Below are positions 11,380 to 21,399 of a DNA stretch of 64,000 bases, piece after piece. The DNA comes from an uncultured Methanosarcinaceae archaeon. GTDB taxonomy: Archaea; Halobacteriota; Methanosarcinia; Methanosarcinales; Methanosarcinaceae. How positions within the stretch are numbered: position 1 is the stretch's first letter; each line of letters begins with the position of its first letter. Under the pieces are notes generated by a model that searched no databases, was not told the DNA's origin, and saw only the letters and a program-made list of their open reading frames with translations. Made by a program: the position numbers and the translations under genes. Where the stretch lies: contig CAVTET010000004.1 in NCBI GenBank assembly GCA_963733675.1, positions 384,001 to 448,000 on the forward strand, written 5' to 3'.

Positions 11380-12330
11380 CTGCCCAATAATATGGATGAT
11401 GGAGAGGTTTCTCTTCTGGAGATTCTTTGGCCATTTCGAGATATCTTTCCCTGTACTGTTCTATGAACTCTTTGCTTTTGCCTTCCAATTCTCTCGAGCA
11501 GTAGCATTTTTAAACACAATCTGCAACTTGGCAGAAGTAAGGTATCTGATCCAGAGCTAAGCTTCCTGCAATGCCAGGGGAATATCCATTTCCCCAACAA
11601 TATGATTGGAGTAGAATAGCTCCATAAGTATGGCTGTGAAAATATCTGGAACCGAACAAAGATTGCTGACCAAGCAAGGAAAAACTGCAAGCATAAAACC
11701 TGCAGGTAATCCAACAAACTCATCAGCACTGCCTTTCACAATATTGGTAATTCCAGTTTCACAGGCAGAAAGTGTTACTAATCTTGCTGAAGATATATCT
11801 ACTACATCATTCTGGAGATCTTCTAAGCTTAATCTTTTCTCTCCGACCATGTACAATCCAGACGTGGTGGATCGTTTCAGTTATAGTTGCCGTGGCAGGA
11901 GAAATGAAAATATGCTTTTTCAGGTACCCTATTCAAGACTGTTTCTCTGGTACCAATTTCACCATTACCCACTTGGTTAGAATTGAAAAATTTGGATGTG
12001 ACCTGGTCTTCACATCTTGTAAAAACCATAGCAGGATCTTCCTCCGGTTTGATAACTGCATAGAGACCTTTTCCTTTAACTATCCTAACTTTATTTTGCT
12101 TTTCCCTCAGCAGCTGGATGGAAGGGCGTAGTTTATACAGTAACGTTGGGAGAGGCTGGCCATCAGCTAGAGGAATTGCATGTAAGGGCAACAGAAATAG
12201 GTCGCTAGAAGGCAGGAGAATCAATCTTTTTATTTGAGGTGGAAGATTTGCTAGGAGTGGATTGAGTAGCTTAGTACCAATGTTGGATAAAACATCATTT
12301 AATGTTTTTTGCTAGGTTTGGAAATCTTCA
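11380..12330 (-). pseudogene. CHAT (caspase-like) domain protein remnant
   Basis: LILLPS..LFLLPLHA, YFHFSCHG, LVTLSACETG, DEFVGLPAGF motifs split over frames. Confidence 0.85.
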
Positions 12331-12423
12331 TCATGGCGTTTATAAAATGGAAAATGCAACTTAAATCCTTATTCAATTTTTAGCAAGACCTTCACGATAA
12401 TTCCAAGAATAACTAACAATGCA

Positions 12424-13095
12424 TCAGATAGTCTCAATATATATTCCGTTTAATTTGATTCGCTCAGCCGTAGTAAGATAAACTACACTCTCACAGATAT
12501 TACAGCAGTGATCAGCAATTTTTTCAATGTACCGAATCAGAAAAAGTAAATATGTAGTCCTGGAAATGATGCTCGTATCTTTTGCCATCATTTTTATTAA
12601 TTCAACCCAGATTACGTAAAAGAGCTGGTCTATATCATCATCTCGAGCTGCCGTCGCTTTTGCGAGTTCAGTGTCTTGGTTCTCAAAAGCCTTCAGGGAA
12701 TTCTTAAGCATATATGTTGCAATGTCTGACATTCTTTTAATTTCCATGAGATATCTTACATGCTCACCTTCGATTTTTCCGGGAACCTGAGCAATATTGA
12801 TTGATAGTTCACTAATCTTCTTGAGCTCTGCTGAAATCTTGAGAGCAGATATGACTAGCCGAAGATCGCCAGCTATAGGCTGTTGAAGCGCAAGCAGATC
12901 CGAAATAGAAACCTCAATTCCTTCCTCATATTTATCCATTTTTGCAGCAAGGACAAACACTCTTTTAGCGACTTTGATATCCAAATCTATAAATGCATCT
13001 ATAGAATCGCAGAAGATAAGTTCAACCATCTTTCCAAATGAAATTACTGATTCTTTGAGTAAATCCAGTTGCCTTAAATATTGTTCTCGAACCAT
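12424..13095 (-). CDS. phoU: Phosphate signalling complex protein PhoU
   Basis: LALQQPIAGDLR, ARDDDIDQL, RYIEKIADHCCNICE. Confidence 0.92.
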   Translation of the reverse strand: MVREQYLRQLDLLKESVISFGKMVELIFCDSIDAFIDLDIKVAKRVFVLAAKMDKYEEGIEVSISDLLALQQPIAGDLRLVISALKISAELKKISELSINIAQVPGKIEGEHVRYLMEIKRMSDIATYMLKNSLKAFENQDTELAKATAARDDDIDQLFYVIWVELIKMMAKDTSIISRTTYLLFLIRYIEKIADHCCNICESVVYLTTAERIKLNGIYIETI

Positions 13096-13262
13096 AATTC
13101 AATCACCCAAATCTATAGGTAACGTAAACCACTTAGGGATGGTCAAAACGGTTATATTAATTTTCGAAAAATAATTAACTCTGAAATCTAATTTAAATAA
13201 TTTATATCAATTGTTGTAAATCTTCAGTGATTAATTGGAGTAATTTCTAACAAAATCGTCTT

Positions 13263-14537
13263 TCATTCCGAGAAGTGAAGTGTTAGCTTCACTATATCTC
13301 GTTGACTGACAACTCCAACTATTTTATTATCATTATCTGTCACTGGAAGTGATCTGAAGCCATATCTAGAGAACATCTTTGTGGCTTTTCGAATGCTGCT
13401 TTCTTTCTTCAAGGTTATAACATTCTTATTCATAATATCTTTCAACAACGCCTGATTATCCGCTTGTAGAAGCTCCTTCACATCAATCACACCCAATAAC
13501 TTATTATCCTTATCAGTTACGTGGATGTACATTATTTCATCTTTGCCCTTTGCTCTTTTGGGATACGCATTCTCCACAGTCTCTACTGTTTCATCAGGCC
13601 GAGCTGTTAGATATCTCTCAGTTATGAGGTTGAGTATAGTATCCTGCCGCTTCTCAAGAATGGATTTTATCTTATCCAGATTTCCTTCTTCCATTAGCTT
13701 CATTACCGCCTTTTGTTCTTCCAAAATCAGCACCGACAGTACATCAGCTGCCTGGCCCGGCGTCATTCTATCGATCAAATCCGCAACCTTTTCCTTCTTC
13801 ATAGAGGAGATAATCTCCCTTTGCATATTCGGATTAATTTCCTCTAAGATATCAGATGCATGCTCTTCTTCGAGCTGATTGATGACAGTCAGCCTCTGCT
13901 CGTGATCCAATTCCTCCAAAATTCCCACGATATCCACAGGTGGTAAATCGTTCAGTTTCTCCTTTAATATCTTCAATTTAACATCGCCAGTAAAACTTCC
14001 AATATTGGAGGGCAGAGCTTGAACATAGGACCAGGGGATAAGTATATCCTTGCTTTTGTCACGTTCCATGTGAATAAAATTAGCAAATTTATCAAGACCT
14101 AGCTTTCGGAAACGCGCATCTTCAAATGGATCCACGTCAGTTATATAGAGTTTGTTTTTTCTCATAACCATTTTTATATCGTAGACTATCTCAACCTCAG
14201 TATCCTCTAGATCTAAAATCTTCTTATCCAAAATGAAATCTTTCAGAAGGATAAATCCTTCAGGTATTTTGCAGGCGAACCTTTCTACATCGTCAATATC
14301 TATAGTTATCTCCTTTTCACTGAATGCACTCACATTATTCCATGGTACCATCAATGAAGAATAACCAAAAGATCGACTTACTACAATATATGTGACCTCT
14401 GCCACCTTATCTTTTTCAATTATGATAAGATCCAAGAGCTTTCCTATTTTTTCGCTATTGAGAAGGACATTTGTCTTCATCACTTCACTCAAAAAAAAGA
14501 TTCTTTCAGGTTGGATGTTAGTGGATTCGTCTTTCAT
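13263..14537 (-). CDS. Soluble PRC-barrel + MgtE intracellular N-domain + CBS-pair protein (copy 1, intact)
   Basis: LNDLPPVDIVGILEEL, ADLIDRMTPGQAADVL, C-terminal CBS pair; no TM segment. Confidence 0.88.
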   Translation of the reverse strand: MKDESTNIQPERIFFLSEVMKTNVLLNSEKIGKLLDLIIIEKDKVAEVTYIVVSRSFGYSSLMVPWNNVSAFSEKEITIDIDDVERFACKIPEGFILLKDFILDKKILDLEDTEVEIVYDIKMVMRKNKLYITDVDPFEDARFRKLGLDKFANFIHMERDKSKDILIPWSYVQALPSNIGSFTGDVKLKILKEKLNDLPPVDIVGILEELDHEQRLTVINQLEEEHASDILEEINPNMQREIISSMKKEKVADLIDRMTPGQAADVLSVLILEEQKAVMKLMEEGNLDKIKSILEKRQDTILNLITERYLTARPDETVETVENAYPKRAKGKDEIMYIHVTDKDNKLLGVIDVKELLQADNQALLKDIMNKNVITLKKESSIRKATKMFSRYGFRSLPVTDNDNKIVGVVSQRDIVKLTLHFSE

Positions 14538-14550
14538 GCACCTGTCTCCC

Positions 14551-14811
14551 ACTTACCTCACCATAGTATGGAATTTATAACTTAATATAATCTTCCAATA
14601 TTATTAAATGATGTCTACGGGCGATGAGTAAAAACCTGACCAAAGGCGTCATCTTCAATCGTGGCTTGCTGTACTTCCTGCTGATATATTGTACGGTTTT
14701 TTTTTCATCATCTTTTACCAAATAACTATTCCTTCCCTTCTCGGATGTGTCATCGACATAGCCTATCATATTCCTAGTCTCCTGATCGTTTTCCATGTTT
14801 TCTCCGCTCAT
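14551..14811 (-). pseudogene. Small membrane protein of the NRMT module (copy 1, frameshifted C-terminus)
   Basis: Shares KYSKPRLKMTPLVRF with 19030-19242 but loses the hydrophobic C-terminal helix. Confidence 0.6.
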
Positions 14812-16082
14812 TTAAATCTTTCCGGGAAGATCACACTTAAGGCATAGAGCGTAGAGACAATGATTATAACGAATACAATTAAAAAACCCCAAATATTTTG
14901 CATTAAGGTATTCTTATATTTCCCCATCATCTCTTCATTGTTGAGCAGAAGCAGCAGAAAAACCAGAGCTGCAGGAAGAAGAGCAACAGTTATAACCTGC
15001 ACGAAAAGAGTTATCAGCACTAATGGAGCTCCTGGGGTTGTTACAACCAAGCCCGCAAAGATCAAGCTCAGGAAATAAAAGGCATAGAACATAGGGGCTT
15101 CTGAAACCTTGTTGTTGATGGAATGAGCCCATCCAAAAACCTCGCCCATAGCCCATGAGCTTGCCAATGATATGCATATAGCTCCAAGAAGTCCGGCATC
15201 GAAGAATCCGATGGCAAGAGCAGAACCAACTAGTGGGTAGCTGTCCATGATCGCAATTGCAGCTTGAGCAGCACTTTCTATATCTATTCCACCGGGCTTG
15301 AAAAGCAACATGCCTGTAAGAATTACGCAGAAAATTGCAACTACTACTGTAAAGAATGCACCAACTGCAGTATCGAATTTTCCAAAGGGAATATCTTTCT
15401 CAGTCATACCCTTATCGACTACAGAACTCTGCTGGAAGAATATCATCCAGGGAGCTATTATAGTCCCTATATTCGCCATGAAAATGAAAAAAAAATCACC
15501 TGTGAAACCGTTGATAGGAATACTTGGAATCAAACCTTTAGTGACATCGTTAAAATTGGGATGAATAAGCAGAATCGCAGGAATATAGATCAGGTTGAGT
15601 CCGCAGAAAAAGAGTACTATCTTTTCCCATGTCCAGTATCTCCCGTGAACAAATATGGAGATCATCAAGATGGAGACACCAATTATCGTCAATATAGGCG
15701 GCACGCCAAATATCTTTAAAGCAGCGGTCATTCCTATGAACTCAGTTACCATTGTAAGAAAATTTAAAATGCCCATGTCTATTAACGAAAACCAGCCCCA
15801 AAACGAGCCAAAAGCATCGAATATAGCTTCTGCATGTCCTCGTTTGGTGACCGCACCTAGTCGCACAGTCATCTCCTGAACAACATATGCTACCGGGCCA
15901 AGTAGTACTAAAAGCCAGATTAAGTTGAAGCCGAATTTAGCGCCTGTTGCGGTATAGGTTGTGATACTACCTGCATCATTGTCCGCTACCATCACAATTA
16001 TACCTGGCCCAGCAAGTGCCAAATATAAACCTAGCCATTTTATAAATCGGCGATATTTGTAGTAATACCATGAACCTTCAAT
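14808..16082 (-). CDS. Nramp-related divalent metal (probably Mg2+, NRMT-type) transporter (copy 1; start codon ATG>ATT)
   Basis: ADNDAGS motif, QEMTVRLG, PWMIFFQQS; 1275 nt colinear with copy 2, but the equivalent start codon is ATT. Confidence 0.8.
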   Translation of the reverse strand: MEGSWYYYKYRRFIKWLGLYLALAGPGIIVMVADNDAGSITTYTATGAKFGFNLIWLLVLLGPVAYVVQEMTVRLGAVTKRGHAEAIFDAFGSFWGWFSLIDMGILNFLTMVTEFIGMTAALKIFGVPPILTIIGVSILMISIFVHGRYWTWEKIVLFFCGLNLIYIPAILLIHPNFNDVTKGLIPSIPINGFTGDFFFIFMANIGTIIAPWMIFFQQSSVVDKGMTEKDIPFGKFDTAVGAFFTVVVAIFCVILTGMLLFKPGGIDIESAAQAAIAIMDSYPLVGSALAIGFFDAGLLGAICISLASSWAMGEVFGWAHSINNKVSEAPMFYAFYFLSLIFAGLVVTTPGAPLVLITLFVQVITVALLPAALVFLLLLLNNEEMMGKYKNTLMQNIWGFLIVFVIIIVSTLYALSVIFPERFK

Positions 16083-16287
16083 GATTAATCAGCTCCACAG
16101 TTTGATTTCCTACGGAACTATATGAATTTCATTTGTTACCTAGTTGCACTGAAAAACAATAATATTAAGCGCTTAATGATCTAAATCTCAATAATTATGA
16201 CATGGACATGGGATTTGTTTATCTGGTAATTCGAAATATTTGCCCAAAAACTCCAACCATGCGTTTTAACTTGTTTTTGCTATCTGA

Positions 16288-17160
16288 TTATCGGGAGTGT
16301 TGTAAGGATGGCTCAATATGTACAATTACATCAGAAATATCCTTATATTCTTCCCTCAGCTTTTTGCTGACCTGGTGAGAGATAATATGGGCATCTCTAA
16401 GAGACATATCAGATTGAACAAGTAGGTGCATATCGACCTTTATATCTCCTATGCTTCCACGTGTTCGAATTTTATGACAATCATTTACTCCATCCATTCT
16501 GATAATTAATTTCCGTATTTCCTTCTCTTCAATCCTGGACATATCTAGAAGGGATCTGGAGCCCTCTTTTATAATTTTGTACCCAGCCCTGAAAATTATA
16601 AAAGATATTATTAAAGAAACTATAGAGTCAATGATAGGAAAACCTAACTCGATAGCAGCCAGGCTTACTATGACCGAGAGAGAAGTATAAAGATCACTTT
16701 TCATATGTATAGAATCTGCTATAAGTACCTGACTTCTGAGAAATTGACCCTGTCTATACTCATATCTTGTAACTAGATAATTAATACACATTGTCCCAAA
16801 TACTATGAGGAAACTCACAGCAGTAACCTCGGGCTTGTTTGGGATCCGGAAATGATCGATAGCGTTTCGGAAAATTTCAAAGCTTACAAAGATTAGCATT
16901 AATGCAATAAAACCAGAGGCTATTGTTTCATATTTTCGGTGTCCATAAGGATGATCTCTGTCCGGTGGGTAAGATGCAATAAAATTTCCAGCCAAGCCTA
17001 CAATGTTGGAGATCCCATCAAAAAGAGAATGGTAGCCATCTGCAATCATGCTTAAAGCGCCGGTTTGAGTCCCATAAATAAGTTTTGCAAATGCTACTAC
17101 GAGATTTAGAATTAGTGCATAAATAAAAGCTCGCTGAATTTTTCTAAATTTTTCTAACAA
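16288..17160 (-). CDS. Cation diffusion facilitator (FieF-like)
   Basis: ADGYHSLFD, HPYGHRKYE, ADSIHMKSD, C-terminal VIVHIEP. Confidence 0.92.
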   Translation of the reverse strand: MLEKFRKIQRAFIYALILNLVVAFAKLIYGTQTGALSMIADGYHSLFDGISNIVGLAGNFIASYPPDRDHPYGHRKYETIASGFIALMLIFVSFEIFRNAIDHFRIPNKPEVTAVSFLIVFGTMCINYLVTRYEYRQGQFLRSQVLIADSIHMKSDLYTSLSVIVSLAAIELGFPIIDSIVSLIISFIIFRAGYKIIKEGSRSLLDMSRIEEKEIRKLIIRMDGVNDCHKIRTRGSIGDIKVDMHLLVQSDMSLRDAHIISHQVSKKLREEYKDISDVIVHIEPSLQHSR

Positions 17161-17736
17161 ATTTGGTACCTTTCAATGGAATTGTACAGAACTTGAATAC
17201 AACACAGTTAACAAAAGCTCAATGCAGATAAACTATTAGTAATAAATTATCAACAATATATTAATTCATCCTTTTGCTATTCACATTATTTATGTATATG
17301 TATCGTAGCCAGTTAGCTGGTTAAGATTTCTATCCTAATGTCGTGACAATTTAATTTTTTAGCATAACACTGGAACATTTTCTTGTCATCGTTAATCCTC
17401 ACAAATTTTCAGTCTATTCTCGTTTTGTGGTCATTTCTCCTACTCGTCCATGCAACCATTTCGTGAGTGAATGTCACCGTGTCAGCAAGTGTATGTCGAT
17501 ACAATAATTTCGGGTTTCCCTACGTTATTAACTGTAATAACTATGTCTGCGAACCTTATAGATGATGGAAGCTAAGAAAATGGCTAAAAGCAACAGGGGA
17601 AAAAGAGACAAGAAAGTTGGAAGAAAGAAAACAGGACCCAATTTCTAAACTTTCTTTTATTCCCTTAAAATTCTTATATATCAATTGCTGTAAATCTTCA
17701 GTGATTAATTGGAGTAATTTCTAACAAAATCGTCTT

Positions 17737-19014
17737 TCATTCCGAGAAGTGAAGTATTAGCTTCACTATATCTCGTTGACTGACAACTCCAACTACTTTA
17801 TTGTCATTATCCGTCACAGGAAGTGATCCGAAGCCAGATCTAAAGAACATCTTCGTGGCTTCTTCAATACTACTCTCTTTATCCAAGGTTATTACATTCT
17901 TATTCATGATGTCCTCCAAAAGTGCCTGACTATCTGCCTGAAGTAGCTCCTTTACATCAATCACACCCAATAGCTTATTATCCTTATCGGTTACGTGAAT
18001 GTACATTATTTCATCTTTACCCTTTGCTCTTTTGGGGTACGCATTCTTCACAGTCTCTACTGTTTCATCAGGCTGAGCTGTTAGATATCTTTCAGTTATG
18101 AGGTTGAGTATCGTATCCTGTCGCTTCTCAAGGATAGATATTATCTTATTGAGATTTTCTTCATCCATCAGTTCCATTATCGCTTCTTGATCCTCCAAAG
18201 TCAGGACAGACAGTACATCAGCTGCCTGACCCGGAGTCATCATATCAATCAAATCTGCAACCTTCTCTTTTTTCAAAGAAGAAATGATCTCCCTTTGCAT
18301 ATTTGGGCCAATTTCCTCTAAAGTATCAGATGCATGCTCTTCTTCGAGCTGATTGATAACAGTTAGCCTATGATCATGATCCAAATCCTCCAGAATTTTC
18401 ACAATATCCACAGGTGGCAGATCGTTCAGCTTCTCTTTCAGTATATTTAACTTTACATCTCCCTTAAAGCTTCCAATATTGGAGGGTAAAGCTTGGACGT
18501 ATGACCACGGAATAAGCTCGTCCTCACTTTTATCACTATACTTATGAATCAAATGAGTAAATTTATCAAGACCTAACCTTCGATAACGCGCATTTTTGGA
18601 GGGGTCTACATCAGTGATATAGAGTTTGTTTTTAATCATAACCATCTTGATATCGTAGATAATTTCAACCTCAGTATCCTCTAGATCTAAAATCTTTTTA
18701 TCCAGAATGTAATCCTTTAGAAGGATAAATCCCTCGGGAATTTGGTAGGCAAACTTTTCTACATCGTCGATATCTATAGTTACTTCCTTTTCATTGAATG
18801 AACTGACATTATTCCATGGTACTAATAATGAAGGATAGCCAAAAGGTCGACTTATTACGATGTATGTGACCCCTGCAGCCTTATGTTTTTCAAGTATGAT
18901 CAGGTCTCCAAGAGCTTTCCTATTTTTTTGCCGTTTAGGAGGACTTTAGCATTCATCACATCACTCAAAAAGAGGATGCTTTCAGGGTTTGTTGTTATTT
19001 GATTCATCTGTCAT
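17737..19014 (-). pseudogene. PRC/MgtE-N/CBS protein (copy 2, frameshifted)
   Basis: Colinear with 13263-14537, but ATG 19014 reads MTDESNNNKP-stop (+1 insertion) and there is a second +2 insertion near 18905. Confidence 0.85.
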
Positions 19015-19029
19015 ACATCTGCCTCCAGC

Positions 19030-19242
19030 TTACCTCACCATTGTGTAGAATTTATAACTTAATATGACCACCAACATTATTAGATAAAGTCTTAGAGCCA
19101 GGAGCGAAAACCTGACCAAGGGTGTCATCTTCAATCGTGGCTTGCTGTATTTTTTGTTTATATTGTATATTGCTTTTCTCCATCTTCTCACCACAGAGCT
19201 GATCCTTCCCTTCTCAGATATGTCATCAACGTAGTCTACCAT
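19030..19242 (-). CDS. Small membrane protein of the NRMT module (copy 2)
   Basis: KYSKPRLKMTPLVRFSLLALRLYLIMLVVILSYKF C-terminal TM helix; lies between the transporter and MgtE-N/CBS genes. Confidence 0.7.
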   Translation of the reverse strand: MVDYVDDISEKGRISSVVRRWRKAIYNINKKYSKPRLKMTPLVRFSLLALRLYLIMLVVILSYKFYTMVR

Positions 19243-19279
19243 ACTTATCTCTCCTGACCGTTTTCCTTGTTATCCACGT

Positions 19280-20554
19280 TCATTTAAACATCTCCGGGAA
19301 GATCACACTTAAGGCATAGAGCGTAGAGACAATAATTATAGTAAATACAATCAAAAAACCCCATACATTTTGCATTAAAGTATTCTTATATTTCCCCATC
19401 ATCTCTTCATTGTTTAGCAGAAGTAGCAGAAAAACCAGAGCTGCAGGAAGAAGAGTAACAGCTACCACCTGCACGAAAAGAGTTATCAGCACTAATGGAG
19501 CTCCTGGAGTTATTACAACCAAACCCGCAAACACCAAGCTCAGGAAATAAAAGGCATAGAACATAGGCGCCTCTGAGACTTTGTTGTTGATGGAATGGGC
19601 CCATCCAAAAACCTCGCCCATAGCCCATGAACTTGCCAATGATATACACATAGCACCAAGAAGTCCGGCATCGAAGAGTCCTATGGCAAGAGCAGAACCA
19701 ACGAGTGGGGAGCTGCCCATGATCGCAATTGCGGCTTCAGCAGCACTTTCTATATCTACTCCACCGGGCTTGAAGAGCAACGTGCCTGTGATAATTACAC
19801 ACGCAATTGCAACTACTACTGTAAAGAATGCACCAACTGCAGTATCGAATTTTCCAAAGGAAATATCTTTCTCAGTCATACCCTTATCGACTACAGAACT
19901 CTGCTGGAAGAATATCATCCAGGGGGCTATCGTAGTCCCTATATTCGCCATGAAAAAGAAGAAAAAATCGCCTGTGAAACCGCTGATAGGAATACTTGGA
20001 ATCAAACCTTTGATGACATCGCTAAAATTGGGGTGAATAAGCAGAATCGCAGGAATATAGATCAGGTTGAGTACGCAGAAAAGTAGTACTATCTTTTCCC
20101 ATGTCCAGTATCTCCCGTGAACAAATATGGAGATCATCAAGATGGAGACACCAATTATCGTCAATATAGGCGGCACGCCAAATATCTTTAAAGCAGCGGT
20201 CATTCCTATAAACTCAGTTACCATTGTAAGAAAATCCAAAATGCCCAAATCTATTAATGAGAACCAGCCCCAAAACGAGCCAAAAGCATCGAATATAGCT
20301 TCTGCGTGTCCTCGTTTGGTGACCGCGCCTAGTCGCACAGTCATTTCCTGAACAACATATGCTACTGGGCCAAGTAGTACTAAGAGCCAGATTAAGTTAA
20401 AGCCAAATTTGGCACCTGTTGCTGCATAGGTTGTGATACCCCCTGCATCATTATCCGCTACCATCACAATTATACCTGGTCCAGCAAGTGCCAAGTATAA
20501 ACCCAACCATTTTATAAACCTGCGATATTTGTAGTAATACCATGAACCTTCCAT
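19280..20554 (-). CDS. Nramp-related divalent metal (probably Mg2+, NRMT-type) transporter (copy 2, intact)
   Basis: GPGIIVMVADNDAGGITTY, ~11 TM helices, ATG preceded by GGAGGTGA. Confidence 0.9.
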   Translation of the reverse strand: MEGSWYYYKYRRFIKWLGLYLALAGPGIIVMVADNDAGGITTYAATGAKFGFNLIWLLVLLGPVAYVVQEMTVRLGAVTKRGHAEAIFDAFGSFWGWFSLIDLGILDFLTMVTEFIGMTAALKIFGVPPILTIIGVSILMISIFVHGRYWTWEKIVLLFCVLNLIYIPAILLIHPNFSDVIKGLIPSIPISGFTGDFFFFFMANIGTTIAPWMIFFQQSSVVDKGMTEKDISFGKFDTAVGAFFTVVVAIACVIITGTLLFKPGGVDIESAAEAAIAIMGSSPLVGSALAIGLFDAGLLGAMCISLASSWAMGEVFGWAHSINNKVSEAPMFYAFYFLSLVFAGLVVITPGAPLVLITLFVQVVAVTLLPAALVFLLLLLNNEEMMGKYKNTLMQNVWGFLIVFTIIIVSTLYALSVIFPEMFK

Positions 20555-20604
20555 GATTATTCACCTCCATTGGAGACTTCATACAAAGATAGTATTCGCA
20601 ATTT

Positions 20605-20831
20605 TAGGACTTACGTACGGGATGGTTGAAATCATATACATTAGACGTCGTGGTCAAATTCGCTTTTCATACAATTCACGGTTTAATTGCAGCGCTACGA
20701 ATTTGCTTTAAATTCAAAGTTAAATTTTTGTATACTTTATTGATTAGATTCTTCAGATTTGTGATTTACAGCAAAATAGACACACTGTTGGTTTAATGCT
20801 ATTGGTTTTTAGTTCAATTGCATAAGTCCTA
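20605..20831. mobile_element. MITE with TAGGACTTACG-type ends
   Basis: TAGGACTTACGTA ... TGCATAAGTCCTA inverted ends, 227 bp, non-coding. Confidence 0.65.
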
Positions 20832-21399
20832 AATTTTAATACTCTCAGATTATCGAAAATTTCGATAAATCTTTGATTTCAACAAATTTCTCATGTGTGC
20901 TTTATAAGCAACCAGCAAAAAATTTGGATTTACCTAAAATCTCGAGTCTACGCTGTCGTAAAGGGCTAAAGATGTTATATACGTTTTCATTGACTATTTT
21001 TTATATATGTTATTATATTATAATTTGAGACTTTTTGATATCTTCTGGAATCATAGTGCATTTATGGCTCATAATATATTTGCTGAATATTACGTGATAT
21101 ATATATATTTTCGGCATATACTCTATATAGAAATATTTAAACTACTTAGTGTCAACTTATGTAATCCCATCCCACAAAACCATAACAGTAACCTTTTGAA
21201 ATGAATAAGTAACTGTGAGTAGCTTTTCTGTAGCTAAACAAGATAGACTCAGCAATAATAGGCAGGTTTAGAGATATAATTTGAGTCATTTTTAAACTAT
21301 ACACTAACCTAATTATATTTTAAATGATTTTAAATTTGTATTGACTTAAGTGCACAAGTCCTATTAAGGTGTTATTAATAATATTCGTTTAGATAATCC

